Program-made: the position numbers and the translations under genes
From: Malacoraja senta
Lineage: Eukaryota
DNA: 64,000 nucleotides
Assembly: GCA_038087875.1 (NCBI GenBank)
Contig: JAXLNO010000630.1
Coordinates: forward strand, 186,001-250,000
Direction: 5' to 3'
The notes under the pieces: generated by a model
The model's database searches: none
The model's input: only the letters and a program-made list of their open reading frames with translations
Told to the model about the DNA's origin: nothing
Shown: piece by piece, positions 22,938-36,690 of the stretch
How positions within the stretch are numbered: the first letter of the stretch is position 1
Layout: each line of letters opens with the position of its first letter

Positions 22938-23583
22938 TAGACAATAGACAATGTGTGCAGGAGTAGGCCATTCGGTCCTTCGAGCCAGCACAGCCATTCA
23001 ATGTGATCATGGCTGATCATCCCTAATCAGCACTCCTTTCCTGCCATCTCCCCATATCCCGTGACTCCGCAATCTTTAAGAGCCCTATCTAGCTCTCTCT
23101 TCAAACTATCCAGAGGACAGGCCTCCACCACCCTCTGAGGCAGAGAATTCCACAGACTCACAACTCTCTGTGTGAAGTACTGTTTCCTCCTCCCCGTTCT
23201 AAATGGCTTACCCCTTATTCTTAAACTGTGGCCCCTGGTTCTGGACTCTCCCAACATCTGGATCATATTTCCTACCTCTACCGTGTCCAAACCCTTAGTA
23301 ATCTTATATGTTTCAATAAGATGCCCTCTCATCCTTCTAAACTCCAGACTATACAAGCCCAGTCGCTCCATTCTCTCAGCATATGACAGTCCCGCCATCC
23401 CGGGAATTAACCTTGTAAACCTATGCTGCACTCCCTCAATAGCAAGAATGTCCTTCCTCAAATTAGGAGGCCAAAACTGCACACAATACTCCAGATGTGT
23501 TCTCACTAGGGCCCCATACAACTGCAGAAGTACCTCTTTGCTCAACTCCTCTTGTTATGAAGGCCAACATACCATTCGCTTTC
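22938..23583 (-). mobile_element. CR1 LINE 3' fragment inserted in a SINE
   Basis: ORF 23027-23545 encodes LYGALVRTHLEYCVQFW..FTQRVVSLWNSLP. The tail reads (tagacaa)n on the plus strand. Confidence 0.85.
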
Positions 23584-23689
23584 AGATGCTGTCAGTATGG
23601 AGTTTGTATGTTCTCCCTGTGACGGCGTGGGTTTTCTCCGAGATCTTTGGTATCCTCCCACACCCCAAGGATGTACAGGTTTGTAGATT

Positions 23690-26600
23690 AATAGTAAGAT
23701 TAAACGAGAACTTATCAGTTTGAAGTTTGATCTTTATTTTATGAGGAGTGACGTTAGTGATTACGTGAAGAAGACCCGTCAGGGCGCCTGCGCGTCAATC
23801 TTCAAAGCAGCAGTGTGAAATCACAAACAACAAGAACGAAGTTAATATAGTAACCTAATAAAACGAGTAAATTAAGAACTTCCATCTGACCTTTATGATA
23901 GAGGGTTGGGCGTGGTGGGCACGTAATCACCAACGTAACTCCTCATAAAATAAAGATCAAATTTCAAACTGGTAAGTTCTCGTTTAATCTTACTATGTTA
24001 CTTCGGAGTCACGTGAGTGACTACGTGAAGATTTTAAAGCTTTGTGATTTCATGCCGCATTTGGTCAACTCATGGGACCAAATTGGATTTCATGCCGCTG
24101 GGTGGTCAACTCCTTGGACCACCCAGCGGCTGCGAGAATATGGTCGACGGGGACGTCCTTCGCCCTGGCTGCCGACGTTGCTGCTGCCCTAGACGAATGG
24201 GACGTAAAAACATCAGTGTTAATACCTGCAGCAATCAAGACTTGTTTTAGCCATCTTGAACTAGTCTGTACTGAGACTCTCTTGTGTGGTTTCTTGTGTG
24301 TGATAAACAATCCAGTTTCCATATTTCGTAAGATCTTTGTAACCTCAATGTATTGTGACAAATATGTCTTAATACATAGACATGGATCCGTTGGATATGC
24401 TGACAAAACAATTCTGAATCCTGTCACACCTGGCCTACTTTGTTTCAGTAGGTCATAAATGTAAAACATAACATTATCTTCAGCTACTTCCATCCTGTCT
24501 ATTTGCAATTTAAGTAATGTCTGCACTCCCTGTGATGTTACTAATGCCATTAACATGACCACTTTCATACTGAGTTTGGCCTAAGTCAAAGACGTACCAG
24601 GAGACCATTCACGAAGTAGCTTAAGAACCACACTTCCATCCCAGATTGCCATGTACCTAGGCTTAGGAGGTCTGGAATTAAAAATTCCTTTCATCAATCT
24701 GGAAACAAGTGGATGAGACCCAATAGGATTTCCTTCTGACTCCACAAATAAATATGAGGACAATGCACTCCTGGCTGAATTAATTGCACTATAACTCAAG
24801 CCTTCATCGTAGTAAAGTGTTGACAAAAACTCTAAAACATTTTGAGATATCTGCCGTACAATATTCAACATTCTTTTGAACACAGAACTTTTCCCATTTC
24901 TTAATATAAGAAAGGTACTGCTTTTGAGTGCTCTTCCTCCAGGCTGCCGTAAGCATGTCCACAGTACGCCCAGACAGTCCTCGCCCAAGAAAAGGCCTTC
25001 TTAAAACCTGCAAATGAACAAATCCAAATGATCATATAATGGATGTTGTTCTCCTGTTACCAGATGCAGTAGTAAATCCCTTCTTTTCGGGACTTTCATC
25101 AAAGGCTGTGTCGTCAATTCCAATATTAAAGCAAACCATGGCTGTGTAGGCCAATCTGGTACCACCAATACCCCTGAATCTTGCCTGATTTTAAGCAAAC
25201 ACTGACTTATGAGGCAGAAAGGTGGAAATGCATACAAACACTTATCACCCCAATGTAGCGACAAAGCATCAATCGCTACTGCACCTGGACCTGGTTCCCA
25301 TGACACACATCTCGATAGCTGATGATTTAATCTAGATGCGAACAAGTCGATATCTGGCATTCCAAATCTGATTACTATGTCATTGAATATCTCTCGATTC
25401 AACATCCATTCTTTGTTATCATGGAATTTTCTTGAACTGGTGTCTGCTATAATATTCATTCTACCTGGTAGATAAATAGTTGAAATCCAAATATTCTTGT
25501 CAATACACCAAGACCAGATTTGATTAGCCAACTTGTCACATGACACCGACTTGATTCCACCCGTATGGTTAATATATGCAACTGCTGTTGTGTTATCAAC
25601 TTGAAACTGAACATGCAGGTTAGTCGTGTTAGAGCAATAAGCTTGGAGTCCTAGAAGCTCCAAATAGTTGATTCCCCATGTCTGCAGTAACGATGCCTCT
25701 TCAACGTTCCATCTGCCTCCGCAGCTGGATTCCTAGTGCACTGACATCTGTTTGCAATACCATGGAAGGCTGTTCAATCAGTATTTCACTGAAACTACTT
25801 GAGACATGTAGTATCCACCACTGCAAATCAGAAACAGCATTTGTTGTTAACTGCATGGCGCTATCAACATGGCCACCATGCATCCTCAGTGCCTGTTCTT
25901 TAGCTCTCTGTAGCTGTTGGTAATGTAATGGCCCATATTGTACAACTGGAAAAGCTGCTACTAATTTCCCCTGCACTCTAGCCACATGTCTAATTGAAGT
26001 TTTTTGCTCATTTAACAGCTTAATGCAATCATCAATCAACTCCACCCTTTTTTCACAAGGCAAAGTAATTTCCATGTGAACTGAATCAATTGTGAAACCC
26101 AAATAATCAATTGATGTACATGGTGTTAAACTTGATTTCTTTGGATGTATTATAAATCCCAAACTTTCAAAAGTGGATTTAACAACTGAAACAGATAACT
26201 CTGCTGACTCTTTTGTTCGTCCTATAATCAGGACATCATCCAAGTACGCCATTACCACATGCCCCTGGCCTCTCAGCAGTCCCAGAATTGGTTGTAATAA
26301 TTTAGTGACTATTCTGGGAGCTGAACTTAATCCATTAGGCAGAGCTTTAAACTGCCATAACTGGTTCATCCAGGTAAATTTTAGATATTTTCTATCTTCC
26401 AAATGAACAGACACTGAATAATATGCATCTTTTAGATCTATAGTTGCCATATAACATGCTTTTGAAATAAGTTGCTTGGCAGTCACAAAAGTCTCCATTT
26501 TAAAGTGTCTAAATTGAACAAAAGGATTAAGACTTGTCAAGTCCAAAATAATCCTACATCCTCCATCCCTTTTAGGTCAGGGAAATATATTAGACACAAA

Positions 26601-27466
26601 TTGGTGGGTTTGATAAACCGACTTTTCAATAACACCTTTATTATATGCACTTATTCCAGAACCCAGCAGCTTTAATATTCTCTGCAGCTTTATTTCTTGA
26701 GCTCTCATAGTCATGCTCATCTGACCCCATATCACTTGGTTTACTGCTGGTGCCTTTAATAATACGCAGTTCCTCGGGGTCTCGTGCTTTTTGGCAGTTT
26801 CATCCATTGCAAGTTGTTCCAGCAGATGGGATACCAAATAATTGATTGTGGAGGCCAACTCCTCTCCCAGTGGCTCTCCTGACCCTGACGGGGCATCGAA
26901 TCGTACTGCCAGAGGTGGAATATCTGGCAGCTGCCGTTCTTCGCTTGAATCGGCCTCACCGTCAGAGTCGGGGTCAGAACTCTGCTGAGTGCGCTTTTCT
27001 CCAGTAGCCTGTGTATAAGGCTTTCCATTTGAGAGATCCGCTCAAAAGCGGTATCCAGCCGAGGAGTTACATCCATCTCTTCGGACTCCTCCTCCTTGGG
27101 CCGTATGGACTTGAATTTTGCCTTGCGCCCCACTGGCGCTGACTGAGTTATTTTCAACCCCAAGTTACAGTCGCTACGCTCCCAGCCGGCGACTGTACAG
27201 GGGTCTTAGGCGGCTGTTCGCCGACCGCAATATCGTGACTTTCCAACGGCTTTGCCGCTCGCCTCTATCCCTTGTCCGTTTTTTCCATGGCGCCTGTGGA
27301 AAAAATCCCCACAGACCCACAGCAAACGGACACGGAAATACCGAAAAACGTTTTTTAGTTACCTTGTAATTTACGTCCGTTCGCGCCAATGCGTCTGACG
27401 TAATGACGCGCAGGCGCCCTGACGGGTCTTCTTCACGTAGTCACTCACGTGACTCCGAAGTAAAAT
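23690..27466 (-). mobile_element. DIRS1-type tyrosine-recombinase retrotransposon, internally deleted
   Basis: RT (IDLKDAY, LPNGLSSAP, YLDD), RNase H (DNTTAVAYIN), methyltransferase-like domain (DLFASRLNHQ..YAFPPF) and YR (HSSRAAATSAA, AAGWS). Both termini and the ICR (about 23925-24030) are present, with AAT at both junctions. Confidence 0.93.
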
Positions 27467-27504
27467 TGGCTTTGTATGAATGTAAATTGTCCCTAGTGTG
27501 TATA

Positions 27505-29695
27505 TGTCTAAATCAACAGATAGGTAAATAGGTGCATGGTCACTTAAATCTATTGTTCCAATTCCACATCTATTGTTCCAATAACTTTATCCTTTCCAAA
27601 TGTTATAAAATAGTCTATTCTTGTGTAAGGAGAGTGTGGGGCCAAGTAATGTGTGTAATCCCTTCTATTAAGTTATTATTATTAGGGAAAAGGTCCCGCC
27701 ATATATCAATTAAACCGACCTCTTTAAAAAGAGTTTTGACTTTCTTGTGTAAAGACTTTGTATCATGAGTTTTTCTACTGGACGAGTCTAGCTCTGGTTA
27801 TAAATGTATATTTAGGTCTCCCCCACAAATAAGAAGGCCTTCCGTTTCCGTTATCATGATATTAATAATTCTCTGGAAGAAATTAAAATCACTTCCAGGA
27901 GGTGCATATACATTCAACAACGTAACTTGATTCCCATCTATATCCCCCCTTACTAAAATAAAGCTACCCTCCTTATCACTCATTTCAAATACCTTCTCAA
28001 AATTTAACTTGCTTGAGATGAGAGTAGCGACTCCTCTCCTACATCCCAATATATATGAGGAGAAAAAGAGGTTAGTGAAACCCATTCTGTTAATTTTTTC
28101 GTGTTCTTTGTCATTTAGATGGGTTTCCTGTAAGTGTACTATATGGGCTTGTTCTTTCCTCATTTTAGTTAGAATTTTGCTGCGTTTAATTGGGTTTAAC
28201 AGTCCATTAAAAGAGATGAATTTTACCTTCCCATTAGCCATTTGTATTTCACTTTCTGTGTATCAGTAACATGGTGAAATAAGACATAACAGATCTACTC
28301 CCTGAACAGACAAGAACGAAAGATCATGAAAAAACAGAGGCGTAATTCGAAGGTAGGGGTCTCCTGTGGTTGACCCTGGGCTAGGCTTGAGGAAAAGCCT
28401 AGTGGTGGGGGAGAGCCTCTCTCATCTGTGAGCTGAGTCCCCCCCCTCCCCCTGCAGCATCCAAAAAGAAAAAAACTCCGTCCATAAGCTGGAACAGACT
28501 TCCCTGTGCATTCCTCCCTTGTACTTATCTTCATTTAAATAAGGGAAAACAGTTGAACGTAACAAATGAAATAAAGCACTGTCGAATTTTAAGTTCTGTT
28601 CTGCTTACCTACATGTTTAAAGTTATCCATAACTTAAAGCTCTTCTGAAGATGAGGGCTGTCTTCTGAAGACCCGTAGTCTCTCCGCGATGTCCTTCTCC
28701 CGCTCCTCGGCCGTCTCCTGCAGACTTGATCTTCCCACCATCTCCCACGCAGTGCGGGACAGTTGCTCAGCCAGGTCTCTTTCGGTGTGGTCACTCTGAC
28801 GGGCAGTCCTCTGTTCCTCATGTCAGTGGTTGCCTCATCCAGCGTCTGGTACAGCCATGTCTCGTCATCGTAAAATACTCGTAACTTGGCGGGGAACGGA
28901 GTCTGTAAGCGGATCTTGTTCTGCTTTAACATCCATTTCGCCTCAGAATATTATTTTTGCTTCTGTAGCACTGCTGGGGCGTAGTCTTGATCGAAGTATA
29001 TTAGGCTTCCGCTCAAAAAGACTGGTTTCTTTCCCCAGGCCTTGCGCAAAATCTCCGGGGGGTTTCGGGATGAGGGATCAGTGCAATCTCTCGTTGTGAA
29101 ACTCCGTGGTGTGTGGAAGTTCAAGTGTGTCCCGCAGTAGCTTATCCACAAAGTCCACCATAGACGACCTCTCAGGTCCTTCAGGAACATTATATATCCA
29201 TATATTCTCCCGTCTGGAAAGCCCTTCTTGGTCGTGTAGCTTGTTTTCTTGCTCGTTTATTACTTTTATCATCTAATCTAGCACTTCACGTTTAGAACAC
29301 GGTCTTCCACCCTTTCGAGCCGTGTCTCCGCCACCGCTATTTTCTGATTAACATTGGTGAGTTTGCCCTTAATATCGATTAGCTGTTCTTTTGTGTCTTT
29401 GCGAAAGTCCGTATCTCCTCCAAAACAGTGGCTAAAATTAGCTCTACGTCTTTCTGGAGCGGGTTGGTTCTGGCTCTGCCATGTTTGACCTTTGTAAGTG
29501 AGCCGTCCGTGTTTCCTTCATTTTCAGTGGCGCTTTTCTTGTTTACATCTCGTCTTCCCATTCTTGCCCCTTTCATCAGGTCAGTTATTCTCAATACATA
29601 TTATATTTGACAAACTAATGGGACTAAATAAGTATGTTTCCGAGGAGCTGTTATCTTATGCTGCCATTCAGGATGGTGACGTCACCAGAATCTCT
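27505..29695 (-). mobile_element. L1-clade LINE, 5' part only (fragmented ORF1 plus endonuclease start)
   Basis: ORF1 pieces SRRENIWIYNVPEG, YFDQDYAPAVLQK and TPFPAKLRVF. ORF2 pieces LQETHL, NVYAPP and GGDLN. Stops near the SDH region of the endonuclease. Confidence 0.85.
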
Positions 29696-30111
29696 GTCTC
29701 AAAGCTGATTTCAATAATTTTGCAGGCTATTTACTGCAGACTTTAGCTTTAAAAATTCTCAGTCTTTAAAGAAAGTTGACTTTCAAATAGGACAAAAGCA
29801 GCCGATCAAATCACGGTGCCTGGTCAATGATGTCTTCAATCTACTTTTCTTCTAATAACTCGTGTGGTAGATTAGCCTGCGACGGCGGATTCGTTGTTCC
29901 AGGATTCAAGCTCTTATCTCATTCATAGAGATTCTGCTTTCTTCTTCAGTTCCACTGTAGAATCAGTTTTTTACTTGATGTAAAGGCAGTTTCTATAACT
30001 TTCTCAATGTCCAACTTTGATAGCCATTACTACTCGGGGATGTGGTGGAGATATAGTTTACGCACTCACCGTGCTCTTAAGATAGCAATCTTCCAATCTT
30101 AAGAAAATGAA

Positions 30112-33100
30112 TCTTTTAAAAAAAGTTTTTTGACAAGTATATCGGAATTGTTTGAAAAAGGTATAATATTTGCTGTAAGAAAATAATTTTTATGGCATTA
30201 ATTTTGCCAACCATTGAGATAGGAAGTGTTTTCCAATACTGAATATTCTTATGTAGTTTATTCAGTAATGGGGGAAAGTTTGCTTTAAATAATGATGTAT
30301 ATCTTAGTAACATAAATGCCTAGGTATTTAAATTTTTCATTTACTATTTTAAATGGAAATTGTTGTATTATATGTTTATTATGTTCCCTTATTGGCATAA
30401 TTTCACTTTTATTCCAATTTATTTTGTATCCTGAGAGTGAACCAAATTGGGTTATTAGCTTTAATAAGTTTGGAATACTAATTTCTGGTTTTGTAATGTA
30501 AATTAATACATCATCTACGTATAAAGAAATTTTATTCACTGTATCCTTTGTGTTATACCCATATATTTCCGGATGGGTCCTAACTCTTTCTGCGAGTGGC
30601 TCTATAACAAGCGCAAATAATAATGGAGACAACGGGCATCCTTGTCTACAACCTCTAGATAGGTTAAATTTAGATGATAACCTTTGGTTTGTTAATATTC
30701 TAGCCGTTGGGTTGGTATATAACAGTTTTATCCATGCACAAAATTTCTCGCCCAGCTGCAATTTTTCCATCACCGAAAATAAATAGGGCCATTCCACCCG
30801 ATCAAAAGCTTTTTCAGCATCGAGTGAGATTATTGCTAGATCTTCATTAATATTTCTCTTTGAATATATTATATTAAATAATCTTCTTAGATTGTAATGT
30901 GAATACCGCTTCTGAATAAAACCTGTTTGGTCAGGGTGTATTAGTTTATTCATCACTGTACTTAATCTGTGCGCTAAAATTTTGGTTAGTATTTTCTGAT
31001 CTGTATTTAAATGTGCAATTGCTCTATATGATCCTGTATCTTTCAGATCCTTATCAGCTTTAGGAATAAGTGTTATTATAGATTCATTTAAGGTATCTGG
31101 AAGTTTCTGTTGAGTATAAATATGTTCATACAGCATTTGTAAACGTGGAGAAAGCAAATCATAAATTTTTTTATAGAATTCAGAGCCTAATCCATCTGGT
31201 CCTACTGCTTTACCATTTTTTAAAGATCCAATAGACTCTTCAATATCTTTTATCGTAATCTCCGCTTCTAATAATTCTCTATCTTTTGAATACATTTTGT
31301 TTAGTTTATATTTCAGTGCAGCAATTTTATTATGTTTTAACATAGATGGCATTCTCGCATTTTCTATATCTAGTTGCTTTATTTCCCTTTCCAGTGTTTG
31401 TTGTTTAATCCGGTTCTCTTTGTTATAAAATACTTGGGCAGAAATTAATGCGCCTCGGACAAACGCTTTAAATGTTTCCCAAATAAGAGAGACAGATGAG
31501 TCAGGGTTGTCATTTGCCTCGAAAAATGTTTGAATCTGTTTAATAAGATATTCCTGACATGATCTTTCATTCAATATTTGTGGGTTAAATCTCCAATATG
31601 TTTGTTTCTCAGACATTCCATTTAATTTAATCATAAATGTTACAGGTGCGTGGTCTGAGATTATAATATTATGGTATTTTGAGTTATAAGTAAATGGGAT
31701 AAACGTGGAGTCAACTAAAAAATAATCTATTCTTGAGTATGTTTTATGTACCGGTGAGTAAAATGAGTATTCCTGTCCAGTTGGGTTTTCAATTCTCCAG
31801 ACATCCTTAATATTAGTGGTATTAATAAATGAATTTAAAAATACACTTGATTGAGATTTTACTTTTTTTTGCCTTGATGATCCATCTAAATAAGAGTCTA
31901 ATGTACAATTGAAATCTCCTCCAATTATTAATTTATATTGTGTAAATTCTGGAATTATATTAAATGTTTTATTAAAAAACATAGGATTATTAAAATTAGG
32001 TCCATATACATTAAGAAGAATCACTTTCATCCCATTTAACTCTCCAACTAATATAATATATCTACCATCTATATCTGCTATTGTTGATGAATGTGTAAAA
32101 GGTATTCCTTTACGAATTAATATTGCAACTCCTCTGGACGTGTGAAAAAGAGCCATGATACGATTCAGCAATCCTCTTAGCTTTAAGACTATATTGCGAT
32201 TCATTTTTAAGATGTGTTTCTTGGAGGAATATTATATCTGTCTTGAGTGAATTTAAATGTGTTAAAACTTTACCTCTCTTAATTGGTTCATTGATTCCCT
32301 TAACATTCCAACTACAAAACGTTATTCCTTCACCCCCTCTTGTCATATTACCATATTGCATATTGTTTTAGGGTGGTCTATAGCCGAGCAGAAGGTACAA
32401 CACATAAAACCTGACCTTGTCCCCGAACCTCAGATAGATGAATTTTAAATAACATACTTCGCTCCTCCGAACACATCTCCTTGAATTAACCTTGTAGTTC
32501 CATTCAAACTTAAAATTATAACAATAATTAAAGTGAAAAAAGTGATATAGTTGATTAGAATAGGGTGAAAGAAAAAAAACTACAACTACAATTAGTGTAG
32601 TTAGTGTTAGCCACACTAGCATGGCTAGAATTTTAAAGACTTCCGTAGCCTTTGTAAAAGAAAAAAATCCTAGCTCCGCGCTAAAAAAATTTAAATAAAA
32701 GATAATATTTCTAACAATCAAGTAACTTCTTTGGGAGTTGAAAAATTTGTGTTTTTCTTAAAAAAACAAAAAAGGTAAACAACAGTAAAAGTTAACAATG
32801 TTATTATTCTCTAAATACCATATTAATATCTTCTTTAAGTATATATTTTTAATTTTTAAATAAAGAGGAGAACCATCAACCCTTATTAATACATGGGCTA
32901 AATTACCTATTACTTATATTCCTATGGAATATATGTATGTAATCTATTTCTATGTTAACCAGAAACTGTTAGTTATTAATCATTGTTATTAATCATACAC
33001 GGTAAAAAAAATTATGAATAATATAGATTTAGTAATTTTAATAGTAATATTGATATTTAATAAGTATTAGTAGTTACATGTATGGTTAAATATGAAAATA

Positions 33101-34470
33101 CTAAATAATAATAGTGATTAGTAACAATTGATCATAACTGTGATATTATTGTTCTTAGAGTTTATACTAAACGCGAAGAATGAATAACAAAAATTAGAGA
33201 TATTAGGAGAATTTTTTTTTTTTAAACCGAGAATCAAAAAAACCCAGGTTTTCTCCAATGTCCATTTCAATTTTCAAACGTCCTTAAAGCTCTTAAAAGT
33301 ACTTTAAAGATCCTTTTAGACCTGGCGAGGTCCCGTTATTCCTTGACTCCTGTGGAGTGATGTATATTGTTCAGTCTGCGGTCACATTCCCGATGCCTTT
33401 GGCGAATTCCAGTGCTTTTTCATGGTCTGTAAAAAATTGCTCCTTGCTCATGTAGGTGACTCTTAATGTTGCGGGATAAAGCAAGCCGTATCTCAAATCC
33501 GCTATATTCTTCAGTATTCTTTTTGTCTCAGTAAACAGCGCTCTTTTCTTGAAGACCTCCACCGGATAGTCTCTGTAGATACTGATCCTCACTCCTTCAA
33601 AAGAGAGGTTTCTGGTACGGGCAATTTTCTTCATTATATCGTCAAATTCATGATCAAGTTGCACCTTTACTATAATTTGTCGGGTAGGCATCATCTCGTG
33701 TACGACGCCCCTGCGCTCTATGTGCTCGACTAAGTAAAGGTTTTTGATCCAACTTTAAGGCTTTTTGTAGTAGATCTGCCACAAGATCCCGAGTGCCCAT
33801 ATCCCTCTCCTGTCCTTCTTTCACACCTACAATTCTTAAGTTCTGGCGTCTTTGACGCCCCTCCAGGTCGATACACTTTCCACTTAATTTAGTCACCATT
33901 TTGGAGAGGCGTTGATTTTCGGTAAGAAGTCGATTTACAGTTTCTGCGCTTGTAGCCACACATTTCTCAAGTTCAGTTATCGCTATAATATGTTGCTTCA
34001 GTGTCTGATGGATAGGGTCAATTTCTCCCTTAAGGCTCGATTCCACCAAAGCGATCCTGCCTTCCACCTCTTCCATCTGATCATTGACCTCGTCGTCCCT
34101 CGACCTCTTCCAGACTTCCAATATATCCTGAACGGTAGAGAGCATTTCTGCTTTAAAATCTACCTTAAAAGAGTTAAGTTCCTCTTTAAAATTTAGCTTT
34201 CCTTCAAAGGTTTTCAGCTGTGTTTGAATATTTTTTATCTCATTGGAGATAAAGTTTTTAAGTACTTCCATTTCAGATTTTTTTTGCTTTGGTTTCTTCG
34301 ATGGGTCTTCCTGGAGCATCGTTGTACCTGAGGCCGAGGCCTCGGTTGGGCCTACCTCTTCCGTCGGTGGTCTCGCTTTACTGGCTTTTTTTGCCACCCT
34401 GGGGGGGGGGTATGTTGTATCGACATACCGGTAAAGTCGCACGCCTGATGACGTCACTCGCAGCATGCAT
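30112..34470 (-). mobile_element. L1-clade LINE (ORF1, ~1-kb AT-rich spacer, ORF2 EN+RT), frameshifted and 3'-truncated
   Basis: ORF1: DLEGRQRRQNLRIVGV, SIYRDYP, YGLLYPATLRV. ORF2: SWNVKG, LQETH, GGDFN, SRIDYFL, SDHAP, GPDG, SLDAEKAFDRV, RQGCPLSPLLF, YVDD. Confidence 0.92.
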
Positions 34471-34489
34471 TTTCTTTATTTTTAAACTG

Positions 34490-35145
34490 TACCTGGTTCC
34501 TTGTCAGCCACGGTCGCCCTTTACTCTCCTTGGAATATTTCTTTGTCTTTGGAATGAACTGATCCTGCACCTTCTGTATTATTCCCAGAAATACCTACCA
34601 ATGTTGTTCCACTGTCATCCCTGCTATGGTATCTTTCCAGTCAACTTTGGCCAGCTCCTCCCTCATGGCACATAGTGCCCTTTATTCAACTGTAACACTG
34701 ACACCTCCAATTTACCTCCAATACAAGCTGCTCTAAGAATCCATCACGGAGACACTCCACAAAGTCCCTCTCTTGGGATCCAGTACCAACCTGATTTTCC
34801 AAGCCTACCTGCATGTTGAAATCTCCCATATCACTATTACCTTAATTACATGCCAATTTTAACTCCTGAATCGACTTGCACCGTATATTCAGGTTACTGT
34901 TTGGGGGCCTGTTGATAAGTCCCATTAGGTATTTTTACCCTTACAATTCCTTAGTTCTATCCATACTGACTCCACATATCCTGTTTCAATGTCACCCCTT
35001 GCAAGGGACTGAATTTCATTCCTCACCAACAGAGCTACCCCACCGCCTCTGCCCACCTTGTCTGTCTTTTTGATAGGAGGTATACCCTTGAATATTCAGT
35101 TCCCATCCCTGGCCCTTTTGCTGCACTGTCTCTGTAATTCCCACA
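34490..35145 (-). mobile_element. CR1 LINE internal fragment (endonuclease region)
   Basis: 34500-34715 is clearly homologous to the CR1 at 46965-47180. The minus strand has GDFNM and YRPP motifs. Confidence 0.75.
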
Positions 35146-36332
35146 AAAAGCCGTGCGCGTGAGATTAGATTTAGTTTTAGACATGCAGAGTGTAAACAGG
35201 CCCTTCAGCGTACCGAGTCTGCAAAGGATATTTAAAATTAAAAGGCTGTTTAAAGTTCGCAAGCTGAATCATTTTTTTTTTTAATCGAATTTGAAGGAAA
35301 AGTGAAGAATTATGATGAAAATGTTCCCAAGAGCTGGCATCATTCCGGGGAGCACTTGGTAATTTTGATAACCAATTCCACAGAGATTTTTGTGTCTCCA
35401 ATTCATGCTTCAAAGATGCAAAAAGTTGTATTTACAAGTGAAACTTTGACAAAGTCGAATCGTATTTTAAAATAATTTTAAATTAAAAGGAGTCTGCAGA
35501 TGCTGTAAACGAGTTCATGTGGAAGAATAAGCAACGGTTGAACAAGCCAATTTATTTCATTTGAAGTGAAGATGCAATTTGTCTAATTTCAACTAGTTTG
35601 TCTGACCCATGGTTATTTGCCCAGCCACAAAGATATACTTGTTCTCACCCCAACAACAAAAAAAGCATGATTTGACCAAAACTGAATAGATTATTTTGCA
35701 GAGGCATTATTTAAGACTCGGCTGTACGCTGTTCTGTATCCAACATTCCAAAAGCACTCCCATAATTAACCCGTTTAAGAAGGAACTGCTGATGCTGGAA
35801 AAATCGAAGGCAGACAAAAATGCTGGAGAAACTCAGTGGCTGAGGCAGCTTGCATCTAGACGATGCCTCACCTGCTGAGTTACTCCAGCATTTTTGTTTA
35901 CCATAATTAACTCACTCCCTTCACCTAGGAGGTGGGTATATGGAACAAGCTGCCAGAGGAAGTAGTGGAGGCTGGTGCAATGGCATTTAGAAGACATTTG
36001 GACAGGACTATTTGGACTAATTGTCTGTTTCTCTAACATATACTGAACTTGTTTTGCTGTTTAGTAAGGGTTTTACAGTGCAATATGTTTACACTACTGT
36101 TGTGCTACTACGTAACCCGCTCCATGACACACTGAGGAGCACCTTCAGCAACAGACTATTTCCACCAAGCTGCAGCATAGAATGCCACAGGAGATCCTGT
36201 TTCCTCGTGGCTATCAAACTGTACAACTCCATCCACTTCTATCATGGGGTAGTCTCCCCCCCCCCTCCCCCTCCCCAATCTTTGCACATCCCCAATCCTT
36301 TCCACTCGTCACTTTAATTTCCTGTTTCATGT

Positions 36333-36690
36333 TTAGTTTATTTTAGTTTAGTTTAGAGATACAGCACGGAAATAGGCCCTTTGGCTCACCGGGCCCGCGC
36401 CGACCAGCGATCCACGCACATTAACACTAACCAGCGATCATCCCCGTACACTAGCACTACTCCACACACTAGGGACAATTATAATGTTACCAAAGCCAAT
36501 TAACCTAGAAACCTCCACGTCTTTGGAGTGTTGTAGGATATCGAAGATCTTGGAGAAAACCCACGCAGGTCACGGGGAGAACGTACAAACTCCGTAGACA
36601 CAGCACCCGTAATCGAGATCGAACCTGGGTCTCCGGCGTTGCATTTGCGGTAAGGTAGCAATTCTACCGCTGCGCCACCATGACCGCCTT
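36333..36690 (-). mobile_element. V-SINE, near full length
   Basis: tRNA-like head at about 36610-36688, V-core, and a tail reading (tttag)n on the plus strand. Confidence 0.75.

Noticed and set aside
22876..22940. tRNA genes (also near 14500, 21940, 36650, 39700)
   Set aside because: A/B-box-like heads run into SINE bodies or are truncated, with no complete cloverleaf.
35294..35310. ISRE/IRF-like word ggaaaagtgaag as an Mx promoter
   Set aside because: It is an imperfect single match, with no Mx first exon nearby.
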